DNA of 64,000 nucleotides from positions 62,001-126,000 of the forward strand of contig CDROCS010005394.1 in NCBI GenBank assembly GCA_977020255.1. Reading direction: 5' to 3'. This document shows, piece after piece, positions 1 to 9,016 of this stretch; within the stretch, counting starts at the first letter, position 1; each line of letters opens with the position of its first letter. Under the pieces are notes generated by a model. The model saw only the letters and a list, made by a program, of their open reading frames with translations, was not told the DNA's origin and did no database searches. Origin of the DNA: Obrimoposthia wandeli (lineage: Eukaryota). The position numbers were made by a program, and so were the translations under genes.

Positions 1-3000
1 AATAGACTTTCGGCGCCTCTGATATCAAACTTGGTTGTTGACGTGCTCATAGAGCTTGCTTTTACGCGTAGCTGTAGCGCCAGTTCTTGCCCTGTGGGGC
101 CAAAAAACAATTGTCGAATGTCTTTTGCATGATTCAGTTTTTCCAGTGTTAGAGCGCTTAAAGGTAACTTTTCACCATCAAACTCAGCCAGTTTCAGCGA
201 ACCATTACTCCAATAAGCAAATGGCTTAAGGGTATCAGATACAAACTTGTCCAATCGACCTTGCGGTTGAAACATACTAGCAAAGTCATCAATTGCAATC
301 TCACCTCGCCCTTGCAAGGCAAATGGAAAGCGTCCTTCGATAGCTTGCTGATAAAATGAATAAACCTGTTCTTGCCATTGCTTATCCAGATAACCAGCAC
401 CGCCACTAATAACACGTTTCCACGCCTGTCCATTAAGTGTTTTAATCCACTGAGCAACTTGGCCCGGCGCTTTGCTCGAGACACGACGGAAAGTAACTAA
501 TGCATCTTGGCTACCCGCGGCGTGAGCTTTGGCATTCTCATATAACGCTTTTTCTGGTTCACTACTTGTCAAAGCACTATCAAAATAAGTATTTAAATTA
601 TCTAATTCATCAAGCAATTCATCTATTGGTGCTCTCTTACCTTGATCAACCATAAACGATGCATAATGGCTAAACGCCTCATTTACTACATAAGAGGGTT
701 GGAGACGAACTAACTTATCACCGGCAATACGGTTGATTTTATCGACTTTTTTCAGCACTTTGGCTGCTTTTTTTAGACCCAATTGTTTTGCTACTTTAGT
801 ATTTCCTTTTGTATCAGCATCATTTTCCACTGCCAAAGTAGTATTAATAACAACGGCTTCAAGCACATCAATAAATGGACTATTGGCTGGTTCACGAGCA
901 ACCTTTATCGCATAAGCCAAGTCTTCCATACTAACGTAGTCTTTAATTTCAATATTATTTATCAGCTCTTCCCATTGATAAACATAATCAGAATAGTAAA
1001 GCCGCTGTACTTTCTTACTTAATTCAGCCAGCTCTGCCACGGAAGCGCCAGTCATATCTCCTTGAATAGATTTGAATTCGTCGAGTTGCTTCTTTAATAA
1101 AGATGATTTTACTGACAAATCAATCTTTGCGTGTCCTTGCTTAGTATAAAGTTCAGGTAAGAGATAACCATGAAAACCCGGTTTAAAGCGGAATATTGAG
1201 GTAAATTTATCACCTAACTGTCGACGAATATCGACACGATTTCGATATTCTGGCAATGCTTTCAAACGCGCATAAATTAACCGTTCAGACGACAAACCCT
1301 CTAAATTTTGTACCGCGACTGAAATCAATTCGTCATTTGGTTTAAGCACATTACCATAATCACTGTCAAACAGGTCATCCATCAATAAACTTAGATTACT
1401 GAGACTATCGGCAGATATATCCCCTTGATCGTCCAAGGTATCGATCAGATAGTTGATCATTTCATTTTGTACTAAACGACGTGAATCAAATAACATCTGA
1501 TAATAACGCAGCAATTCAAATACCTTGCTTGGATTACCTAAATTAACGTAGACATATAATTCACTGCTGAGTAGATCAGCAAGCTGAGGTAATAGAAATA
1601 ATTGTAATTGCTGTTGATAAACCTGACTGATTTGCGCTGCCGTATCTTCTTGCTTAGTACTTACTTTTTGATACCAAGGTAACTGTTTCTTTCCTTCCTG
1701 ATCCACATTACGCAATTCATTCAATACAGTAACGAGTTCGGCAAGCCCCTTATTACCTTCTTGCAGACGATTGATATCATTACGATATAAACTCAATTCT
1801 GTTATTGCCTGACTTCGGAATGCTTCATCCAAATTCCAGTTATCACGTAGTTGCAAGCCAAATAATGTAATAAATCCAGCTAACCCCAAAACTAACAAAC
1901 TACGTCCAGCAATATAGCCATAATGACGCTGTTTATTAACCCCGACAATACTAGCTTCCGGTAACAACACATGACTTAAAATACGGTTCGAAAATAAACT
2001 TCGTCGGCCTTCAAATTGTGGCTGAACAGCGTCAGCATTAAACGCAGACTTTTCAGCGATTAATTGAGTTAATAGATCGTAGCTTGCGCCACGCTGACCC
2101 GTTGATACCAAATACATCCCACGTAACCAAACCGCCTGACGAACACGATTTTCTCGTCCAATATTGGTTAGTAATTCATTCGCGCGTTCTAAGAAAATAT
2201 CTAATTGATACGGCAATGCAATAATTGAATCTGTTTCATCTCTACGCGCTTCACGCAATAATTGAAGTTGTTGTAACGCTAAATTTTTTAATAGATTCCG
2301 GCATGCCAACTCTGACTGCTCTAGCTTGAAATATTGGTTATCATCCAATGAAAAAGTAATACCAAATGGATTTTCAACGTCACAGCCCGAGTAGTTAGAG
2401 AAAAAAGGCATAAAATCTGAAATTGTATCAGCCTTGGTAAACACGCTGTATACCGGCAGTGATAAGCCTGTATGTTCACCTAACTCAAGAATTGCACCTT
2501 GAAAGTTTAGACTTAACGTTTGACGAGCCTTCTTGTCACATTGCAAAAATTGATCACAGCCAATTACGGTAATGACACCATTAATGGCCTGACGAGGGCG
2601 GTACTTTAGTAACAGCTTAGCAAACGCCCGCCATAATGTTTCATCAATACCTTCACTATCAAATAAACGGTGACCGACTTCAATAACCACCGCATTATCA
2701 TTACTCCAGAAGCGTACATATTGATCAGTATCACTTTCGTCTTGAGTACGGTGTAATACTGGCTCTAAGTTATTTTGTTGTAATAAACTACTTTTTGCAT
2801 CATTTTCGCCACCAATCACTATGTACCAAGGTAATTCATATAAATTTTTAAGTTTATGACCACGCACTCCACGCAGTTGTTTGATTGCAGCGACAAACAG
2901 CTGCTGAATTACTTTCATGTCTTGCTTAAGTAAAACCTCTTGATCATGTTGCGGATCTTTATTTTTAGGCGAGAGCCAATAACAAAAGCCAAAGGTGACA

Positions 3001-3152
3001 ACAGCAGCAAGTAAACAAGTTAATGTAACAACAGGCTTTAATACGGAGTCTGACTCAGGCGCTACAGGTATCCATAACCACGCGGCACAACCACAAGCGA
3101 TTAGAATAACCGACAGTAAAAGTAACGGTTTATTTAATTTCATAATTCTCAT
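1..3152 (-). CDS. tssM: T6SS membrane-complex protein TssM/IcmF; 3' end runs off the window
   Basis: Not in the ORF track, consistent with no stop inside the window. Manual translation from ATG at 3152 (alternative 3143; overlaps the tssL stop) gives two TM segments, then LYELPWYIVIGGENDAKSSLL. The same frame is still open at the window start (KASSMSTSTTKFDIRGAESL). It follows tssL. Confidence 0.92.
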   Translation of the reverse strand, partial: MRIMKLNKPLLLLSVILIACGCAAWLWIPVAPESDSVLKPVVTLTCLLAAVVTFGFCYWLSPKNKDPQHDQEVLLKQDMKVIQQLFVAAIKQLRGVRGHKLKNLYELPWYIVIGGENDAKSSLLQQNNLEPVLHRTQDESDTDQYVRFWSNDNAVVIEVGHRLFDSEGIDETLWRAFAKLLLKYRPRQAINGVITVIGCDQFLQCDKKARQTLSLNFQGAILELGEHTGLSLPVYSVFTKADTISDFMPFFSNYSGCDVENPFGITFSLDDNQYFKLEQSELACRNLLKNLALQQLQLLREARRDETDSIIALPYQLDIFLERANELLTNIGRENRVRQAVWLRGMYLVSTGQRGASYDLLTQLIAEKSAFNADAVQPQFEGRRSLFSNRILSHVLLPEASIVGVNKQRHYGYIAGRSLLVLGLAGFITLFGLQLRDNWNLDEAFRSQAITELSLYRNDINRLQEGNKGLAELVTVLNELRNVDQEGKKQLPWYQKVSTKQEDTAAQISQVYQQQLQLFLLPQLADLLSSELYVYVNLGNPSKVFELLRYYQMLFDSRRLVQNEMINYLIDTLDDQGDISADSLSNLSLLMDDLFDSDYGNVLKPNDELISVAVQNLEGLSSERLIYARLKALPEYRNRVDIRRQLGDKFTSIFRFKPGFHGYLLPELYTKQGHAKIDLSVKSSLLKKQLDEFKSIQGDMTGASVAELAELSKKVQRLYYSDYVYQWEELINNIEIKDYVSMEDLAYAIKVAREPANSPFIDVLEAVVINTTLAVENDADTKGNTKVAKQLGLKKAAKVLKKVDKINRIAGDKLVRLQPSYVVNEAFSHYASFMVDQGKRAPIDELLDELDNLNTYFDSALTSSEPEKALYENAKAHAAGSQDALVTFRRVSSKAPGQVAQWIKTLNGQAWKRVISGGAGYLDKQWQEQVYSFYQQAIEGRFPFALQGRGEIAIDDFASMFQPQGRLDKFVSDTLKPFAYWSNGSLKLAEFDGEKLPLSALTLEKLNHAKDIRQLFFGPTGQELALQLRVKASSMSTSTTKFDIRGAESL

Positions 3153-4291
3153 TATTGTAATTGCCTATTTCGACGTACGGCTGCGTTAAACCCAAAGCGA
3201 ACATTAAGTTCATTTTTAAGTAACTTGGCTTTAACCAAATCTGTTTGATTCGGTATTATCAGCTCTGCACCACCAGCTATATCTCTTAGTTTGACCGTGT
3301 AACCCGCAGATTTAAGATCTTTTGCTAATCGTTCAGCATCACTTAGCTCAGTAAAACTCGCTAATATTACTTCCCACTCTAGCTCAGCAGGCATCTGCAT
3401 TATTGGTTGTTCCGCAGATCTTTCGGCAGAGCCTAAATCTTCATCAGTACTGATATAGATCAGATCATCATTTTTGTTAGAATGAACAAACCCATTCATA
3501 TTCAAAGAAGTAAAAGCAAGTAGTGTTGATTCACTACGATTTTCATACCAAAACTCAGAAAAGAGATATGAAATAATAACCACAAACAAGCCAATAAATA
3601 ATAGCTTTGAACTGCTGAGAAAACACCAAGGTGTGTTAATTTCAGGTATCTCATCCGTTTGGGGTACAGTTAACGTCGAATCCTCACGATAATGGCGAAT
3701 TACGCTGTAAAGTTCAGATTTTAACTCATTGATCTTACGTCGGTCCGTGTGTCGGTATTTACCTAAAAACCCCAACATAATCAATACATACTGCAACTCT
3801 AAAAAATCAACCAATTTAGATGGTTGTCGACGAGCCTGTTCCAATAAATGGAAAAAAACTTCACCACCATCCCGTTGATTAAACACTTTACTTACAAGTG
3901 AGTTATTCTCCCAGCCTGACTGTTCACCCCATGCCGTATATAAAATCGTTTCATCAAATGCAGTACAAAGCACAAAACAACTTTTTTCAATCACGTTTGG
4001 ATGATAATCCAAGAATAATCCACGACGTTTAAAATCAGCGATACTGTCTAATAATTGCTGGCGAAAATCATCAATATCCCTCGGAGTGCCCTGCCGAGGC
4101 AAACTAACTAATAAAGCCAATAACTCGCTACTTGCATTTAGCAATGGATTATCGTAAATAGCTAAATTTTCGATTGATTTCTGAGTTCCACTTAAATCAA
4201 GCGACACCGTAGGGCTATCGTGATTAGCCTTACGGTTAGATTCTGAACGACGAATCGAAATCGTTTCTTGTTCATTAAATAATGATGTCAT
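3152..4291 (-). CDS. tssL: TssL/DotU with C-terminal periplasmic SPOR-like domain
   Basis: DotU motifs (FVLCTAFDETIL, DGGEVFFHLLE, LELQYVLIMLGFLGKY), one TM helix, then WEVILASFTELSDAERLAKDLKSAGY, which resembles SPOR. Confidence 0.92.
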   Translation of the reverse strand: MTSLFNEQETISIRRSESNRKANHDSPTVSLDLSGTQKSIENLAIYDNPLLNASSELLALLVSLPRQGTPRDIDDFRQQLLDSIADFKRRGLFLDYHPNVIEKSCFVLCTAFDETILYTAWGEQSGWENNSLVSKVFNQRDGGEVFFHLLEQARRQPSKLVDFLELQYVLIMLGFLGKYRHTDRRKINELKSELYSVIRHYREDSTLTVPQTDEIPEINTPWCFLSSSKLLFIGLFVVIISYLFSEFWYENRSESTLLAFTSLNMNGFVHSNKNDDLIYISTDEDLGSAERSAEQPIMQMPAELEWEVILASFTELSDAERLAKDLKSAGYTVKLRDIAGGAELIIPNQTDLVKAKLLKNELNVRFGFNAAVRRNRQLQ

Positions 4292-4302
4292 GTACTGAGT
4301 TC

Positions 4303-5625
4303 CTAACGAATCACAAAAAATTCAATATCAACATCACCCATACTTGTATCCACATGTAATGCGATCGGTTCATCTTTTTGAATTAACTCGCGCCACAACA
4401 TAGACTGAGTGTCGATTTCAAAATAAGCGGCATCACTGCGAGCTTTTAATTCTGATGGTGGCACAGGTAGTGCACGCAAAGGTACACCAGACAGGGCATT
4501 ACGCACTAGATCCGCGATCGTGCTATTTCCAGCCAACTTACTGACCAATGGAAATTGCTCACTAAGTTTGACAGCGCCCAGTGAAGATGAAACCACCAAC
4601 ACAAATCTGCCAGCATTAAACAGTGCTCGGTCTTGCACAAGAGTCCGTAAAAGGCGACGCTTTTCAAATAAACTTGAATCCCACACTAAGGTTGTCAAGT
4701 TATCGAGTTGTACTTCTCGCAGTAAAATACGAATATCTGAAAACATATCTGAAAAAATCGCGTACAGTTGACTAGGTTCCCAACGCTCATACTCCTGTGG
4801 CATTTGACCTTCTAACCCTTGCATTTCACCGACTATATTTAAGCAAGCATAATAAACAGTTTGTGGTGCTACAGTGCCAATATCCAACCAAGATTTAACA
4901 CTTGGTAACCATCGTCCTAAGGCTTGTAACCAAAGGTAGTCACGGATCAAGGCTTGATGACTTTTGCTAGCTGATTCAGCTTGTAAACGTTGTGAAATAC
5001 TGCGTGCGCGATACTGCATTTGCGCATAAATATCATTGATATTATCTTGTAGATAATCAGATACAGAAAAATACAGGCACACAGGAATGAATGCTTTATT
5101 TAAAACGACTTCACCGTCTGATTTATGCTCTGACACATGCGCGATCGGAATCAAAGTATAATCTTGTAGATCATGCCCTTCTAATTTCAACTCGATGTTA
5201 AGCCCTGCTAACTCAAGTTGTACTGCTTCACTCTGATCACGGCTGGTATCAAAAATATTATGATCAAGACGGTGGTAACGGCGATGCTTATCCTGCTCGT
5301 CACCAACATCAACAACCCCAGAACGGTAGATAGGCAGTGCGAGGTAAACAAGTTTGTCATGGGTACCAGATGGAATTTCAAGTGCTAAGCCATTTTGAAT
5401 ATCAAATGGTGTGCCATCGGGAAATAAACCTTTTGCACTTTTTATTCCCACCTTGCCGATCTTACTTAGCTGCTTATCAAACTCTAAGTCCGCTAATCCA
5501 TATCGATTCGGATTCATAAATTCACTATAGCCTTTAACAAACCCTTCCAAATAGCGATCTTGCTGCTGAAAATGCTGCGGACTAAGGAACATGCCTTCTG
5601 ACCAAATTACTTTTTTGTCATCCAT
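4303..5625 (-). CDS. tssK: T6SS baseplate subunit TssK
   Basis: N-terminal KVIWSEGMFLSPQHFQQQDRY signature; 440 aa; lies between tssJ and tssL. Confidence 0.95.
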   Translation of the reverse strand: MDDKKVIWSEGMFLSPQHFQQQDRYLEGFVKGYSEFMNPNRYGLADLEFDKQLSKIGKVGIKSAKGLFPDGTPFDIQNGLALEIPSGTHDKLVYLALPIYRSGVVDVGDEQDKHRRYHRLDHNIFDTSRDQSEAVQLELAGLNIELKLEGHDLQDYTLIPIAHVSEHKSDGEVVLNKAFIPVCLYFSVSDYLQDNINDIYAQMQYRARSISQRLQAESASKSHQALIRDYLWLQALGRWLPSVKSWLDIGTVAPQTVYYACLNIVGEMQGLEGQMPQEYERWEPSQLYAIFSDMFSDIRILLREVQLDNLTTLVWDSSLFEKRRLLRTLVQDRALFNAGRFVLVVSSSLGAVKLSEQFPLVSKLAGNSTIADLVRNALSGVPLRALPVPPSELKARSDAAYFEIDTQSMLWRELIQKDEPIALHVDTSMGDVDIEFFVIR

Positions 5626-5631
5626 TTTTGG

Positions 5632-6105
5632 TTAGTCCTCTTGACCGGTAATACTGACATTAATGCCATCAATTCGGGCATCAATAATGATAGGCATTCC
5701 AGCCTGTACCATTAAAATTGCTTTATTTTTTGCTTCTCGATAATTAGCAAATGCGGCAACTACAGCTACAAACTGTGTTCCGCTAATCAAAGGCAGTACT
5801 ATTTGACGTCTCTCATTGGGTAGCACACTATCTAAATTTCGCTTTGACAATAGATCCGCTTTTAATACGCCCTGATCGTCATTATATAAATCAATAAAAC
5901 CACTCTGATTAAACGCCTCACTATCCTGTAATTGATAGATTCGAATTTCTAATGGCGAGGATAATCCATCCACATTAGGATTAATATTACCGGCCGCTTC
6001 AATATTAACAACAACTTGCAACAAAGATGCATTGTCCCCAAACTTCAAATAACTACAACCGCTAAGGAGCAACATAGTGAACATCATGATTATTATTTTT
6101 TTCAT
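5632..6105 (-). CDS. tssJ: T6SS outer-membrane lipoprotein TssJ
   Basis: Likely start ATG at 6105 (MKKIIIMMFTMLLLSGC lipobox); INPNVDGLSSPLEIRIYQL motif. Confidence 0.92.
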   Translation of the reverse strand: MKKIIIMMFTMLLLSGCSYLKFGDNASLLQVVVNIEAAGNINPNVDGLSSPLEIRIYQLQDSEAFNQSGFIDLYNDDQGVLKADLLSKRNLDSVLPNERRQIVLPLISGTQFVAVVAAFANYREAKNKAILMVQAGMPIIIDARIDGINVSITGQED

Positions 6106-6106
6106 A

Positions 6107-7132
6107 TTATTTTTTTCCAAGTGACTGCTTAATACGTAAACTTTCACTAAAATAAGCTTTAAATTTCAGTTGCCAATCTTGATTGTCATGTTGACGCTGG
6201 AAATAACGTTTATACATTTCCCAATAATCAGGTTTACGACTAAAGATACTAGGTTGAGTAAAATCCTTAAACATGGCTTCGAGGTTAGCCGGGGCGATGT
6301 CCTCCATCAACCGTCCAAAAGCCATTTCAACTGCTTGTATCATGATTTCTTGCTGATTAGCTTGCAACGCAATAATTTGCTGTGAATCAATGCCTGTGGG
6401 CGTTCCCACCTCACTTGGTCGCATCGACGACCCCATATAATTACTTATAGAAACTGTATTAAGTTGCTCTGTTCTGTCAGAAATAAATGGGTCATCATCA
6501 AAGCTTTCGTCATTGAATTGGTTGATGTGTTCAGGTGCTAACTTTGGCGTCACTTCTGATTGATTTTCAATAAAAGGGTCACGTTCGACACTATCGGCTC
6601 CAACGGCCTTTAGCATAGTCGATTTAGGCACTACCTTATCTGGTATTGTTGGTTCCGAAAATGCCGAAAATGATAAGTTGACATGACTGTGACTTGGGGT
6701 CGAAAGACCTGTCTTTAACGACATGGCATCTTCATTTCCAAAAGGGTCATCGCCCCATTCACCTAAGGAAGACTCGGAGCTAACCGAAGTCTTCACCATC
6801 GCCTTTTCAGGCACAAAACATGAAGCCATCAAACGGTAGTGGCCTAAATCAAGCACATCGCCATCATTTAAACTCGCGCTATTATTTTTCCCGAGAGCTT
6901 GGTGATTCCCATTAATAAATAAACCATTAGTACTGACATCCATGACTTGATAACCACGACTTCCTCGATTGATTATCACATGGGTGCCAGAAATGGCTCT
7001 TGATGCATCAGATAGTTGCATTGTTGACCCATAAGAACGACCTATATTACCGCCTTCTTCAGGAAAAACCTTGGTCCATTCTGATATTGGTTCCCCGTCG
7101 GGAGAGCTTATAATTCTAAGTGATAATGGCAT
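6107..7132 (-). CDS. T6SS-associated FHA-domain protein (TagH/Fha-like)
   Basis: N-terminal FHA motifs (IGRS, ISGTH, DVSTNGLFING, LNDGDVL) followed by a low-complexity linker. Confidence 0.88.
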   Translation of the reverse strand: MPLSLRIISSPDGEPISEWTKVFPEEGGNIGRSYGSTMQLSDASRAISGTHVIINRGSRGYQVMDVSTNGLFINGNHQALGKNNSASLNDGDVLDLGHYRLMASCFVPEKAMVKTSVSSESSLGEWGDDPFGNEDAMSLKTGLSTPSHSHVNLSFSAFSEPTIPDKVVPKSTMLKAVGADSVERDPFIENQSEVTPKLAPEHINQFNDESFDDDPFISDRTEQLNTVSISNYMGSSMRPSEVGTPTGIDSQQIIALQANQQEIMIQAVEMAFGRLMEDIAPANLEAMFKDFTQPSIFSRKPDYWEMYKRYFQRQHDNQDWQLKFKAYFSESLRIKQSLGKK

Positions 7133-7133
7133 A

Positions 7134-7865
7134 TTACCTCTCCTTACATTGAGTTATAGCTTGATTAAACTCACGCATAAACTGTGGATATAACTTGATA
7201 AATTCTTTTGAAAAATAGACACCTAATGGTTTCTCTTTCATCACCCTACGAGTAATAACACGATGGCTAATACCTAAACTTTTAATGGCTTCTTGCATAA
7301 CAAAATCATTGGCTAATACAGCCCCAATTTCACCGGCTAATAATAGCTCTACAAGGGCCACAGGTTGACGTGGTTTTTTCTCGACTCTATACCCAGATTT
7401 GTGTAACCAAAGCCACTTATTCGAACCAAACAGCGCAGTGACAGCAACCTCTTCTTTAAACATTTCTTTTTCCGGATCTATCGACTCCGACAAACTAAAC
7501 CAACTCCAAACTTGGTTCATAACTGGTGAAGAATAATCAGCATATTTATCTCTAAATCCATTCGATGATGCCAAGAAAAATCCATGTTGCTCACCGACTT
7601 CCACAAGTAACTGTGCACGGTCCCAATCTGTCATGGTTAACTGATATGGTTGTTCCATGACTTTCATGATGCATTTTAACTTGTCGATACCAGGCCCTTT
7701 CATTTGCCCATCTTCTTTATATTGGTATGGTCGCCACTCTTGCGTGGCTAATAATAGTCGCTCAGGATGTGCTTCACTTTTAACATTAAAGCACACTCCA
7801 AAAGCAAGTAGTAACACCAATATCGATTGAATTTGATGCGTCTTAATTAGTCTAACTACACTCAT
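7134..7865 (-). CDS. Periplasmic substrate-binding protein (amino-acid ABC / SBP_bac_3-like)
   Basis: Signal peptide; ATQEWRPYQY, W.RAQ..V..G and LGVYFSK patterns typical of family-3 binding proteins. Confidence 0.75.
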   Translation of the reverse strand: MSVVRLIKTHQIQSILVLLLAFGVCFNVKSEAHPERLLLATQEWRPYQYKEDGQMKGPGIDKLKCIMKVMEQPYQLTMTDWDRAQLLVEVGEQHGFFLASSNGFRDKYADYSSPVMNQVWSWFSLSESIDPEKEMFKEEVAVTALFGSNKWLWLHKSGYRVEKKPRQPVALVELLLAGEIGAVLANDFVMQEAIKSLGISHRVITRRVMKEKPLGVYFSKEFIKLYPQFMREFNQAITQCKER

Positions 7866-9016
7866 TGTTGTTCCTGCATAGATTGCCCTTTTGAACGTAT
7901 TACACGACCATCGGTATCATAAACTTTACTTGCCATTTCCATTAACACAAAAGGAATTTTCTGATTGATACGCTGAGCTTGTTCAAAACTCACCGCAATA
8001 TCCGGAGGCGATATGTGCCCAACAGGTAAATCACCCGGATTCACATTATCTTGTAATATTTGTAACCCGTATAAGCCAGCTTGATGTGCGTTATTCACAA
8101 AGCTTACGCCAAATGACATCAACGCACTGTCTTGACCACTTTTTACAACATCAGGTACTGCAGAGATGACCGCTAACCCATCTGCATAGCGATTAATTTC
8201 AGCCATTCGAGATAATAGACTTGAACTCCCCGTCAACCATAATAAGCTATCAGTCAATGTTGGATCTTCATATTTCAATATTTTCATCGCTTTCGTCATC
8301 GATACTTTTAGCGTTGAAAAAGACGTGGTTTCATCGATAATAATGGGCACAATATTAACGCCATGTTGTTCTGCTATAGCCTTTAATGGTAAGTACTGAG
8401 TACGATAAGCACTCTGGTTATTCTTCGCATATAACACCCCAATCTGGCGTAATGATGGCTTAAACCGCTTCATAAATTTCAAGATCACATCAGCGGGTAA
8501 ATTTAACGAAGTAAAAGCGAAATTATCTCCAGAACCTTGATAGCTATCGAGTAACCCCAGTTGCACAGGATCTTTTGCATTCACAGAAACAACGGGGATT
8601 TTACCGCCTCGATAAACATGACGCACAGCCACAGTGGCTTTCGAGCCGACAGTATAAATAAGATTAACGTCATCTTCCGCATCTAACAGCAAATGTTTCA
8701 ACTTTTCTTGTTGTACCGTCTCAGACTTTGTAACAGGCAGCTTTTTAACTGAAATATGAGTTTGCGGTAGTTTTCGCGCATATAAGTCCAACAACGTTTG
8801 TAGTGCAACATCATAAGACGTGGCTTTTCGTGACATAATAACCAAAACGCGAGGCACAGATTGTACTGGTACAAATTCAACCCCATCACTATCTACTTTC
8901 ATTTGCCAATGACTGCTTGCTGTAGGCTTTAATTCATCACCAATCCAGGCTGGCCACTGAGCCATTGAAAATGAGCTCCACAGTATTGCAATAATACCTA
9001 AACATCTAATCATCAT
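7862..9016 (-). CDS. Periplasmic ABC-type substrate-binding protein (ABC_sub_bind-like)
   Basis: Signal peptide; IYTVGSKAT, IPVVSV, LRQIGVLY and PGDLPV motifs; 4-bp overlaps with both neighbours. Confidence 0.7.
   Translation of the reverse strand: MMIRCLGIIAILWSSFSMAQWPAWIGDELKPTASSHWQMKVDSDGVEFVPVQSVPRVLVIMSRKATSYDVALQTLLDLYARKLPQTHISVKKLPVTKSETVQQEKLKHLLLDAEDDVNLIYTVGSKATVAVRHVYRGGKIPVVSVNAKDPVQLGLLDSYQGSGDNFAFTSLNLPADVILKFMKRFKPSLRQIGVLYAKNNQSAYRTQYLPLKAIAEQHGVNIVPIIIDETTSFSTLKVSMTKAMKILKYEDPTLTDSLLWLTGSSSLLSRMAEINRYADGLAVISAVPDVVKSGQDSALMSFGVSFVNNAHQAGLYGLQILQDNVNPGDLPVGHISPPDIAVSFEQAQRINQKIPFVLMEMASKVYDTDGRVIRSKGQSMQEQQ

Noticed and set aside
194-484. 96-aa minus-strand ORF and short plus-strand ORFs at 733-1022 and 2995-3189
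   Set aside because: They lie within or antisense to the open tssM frame and show no recognisable motifs.
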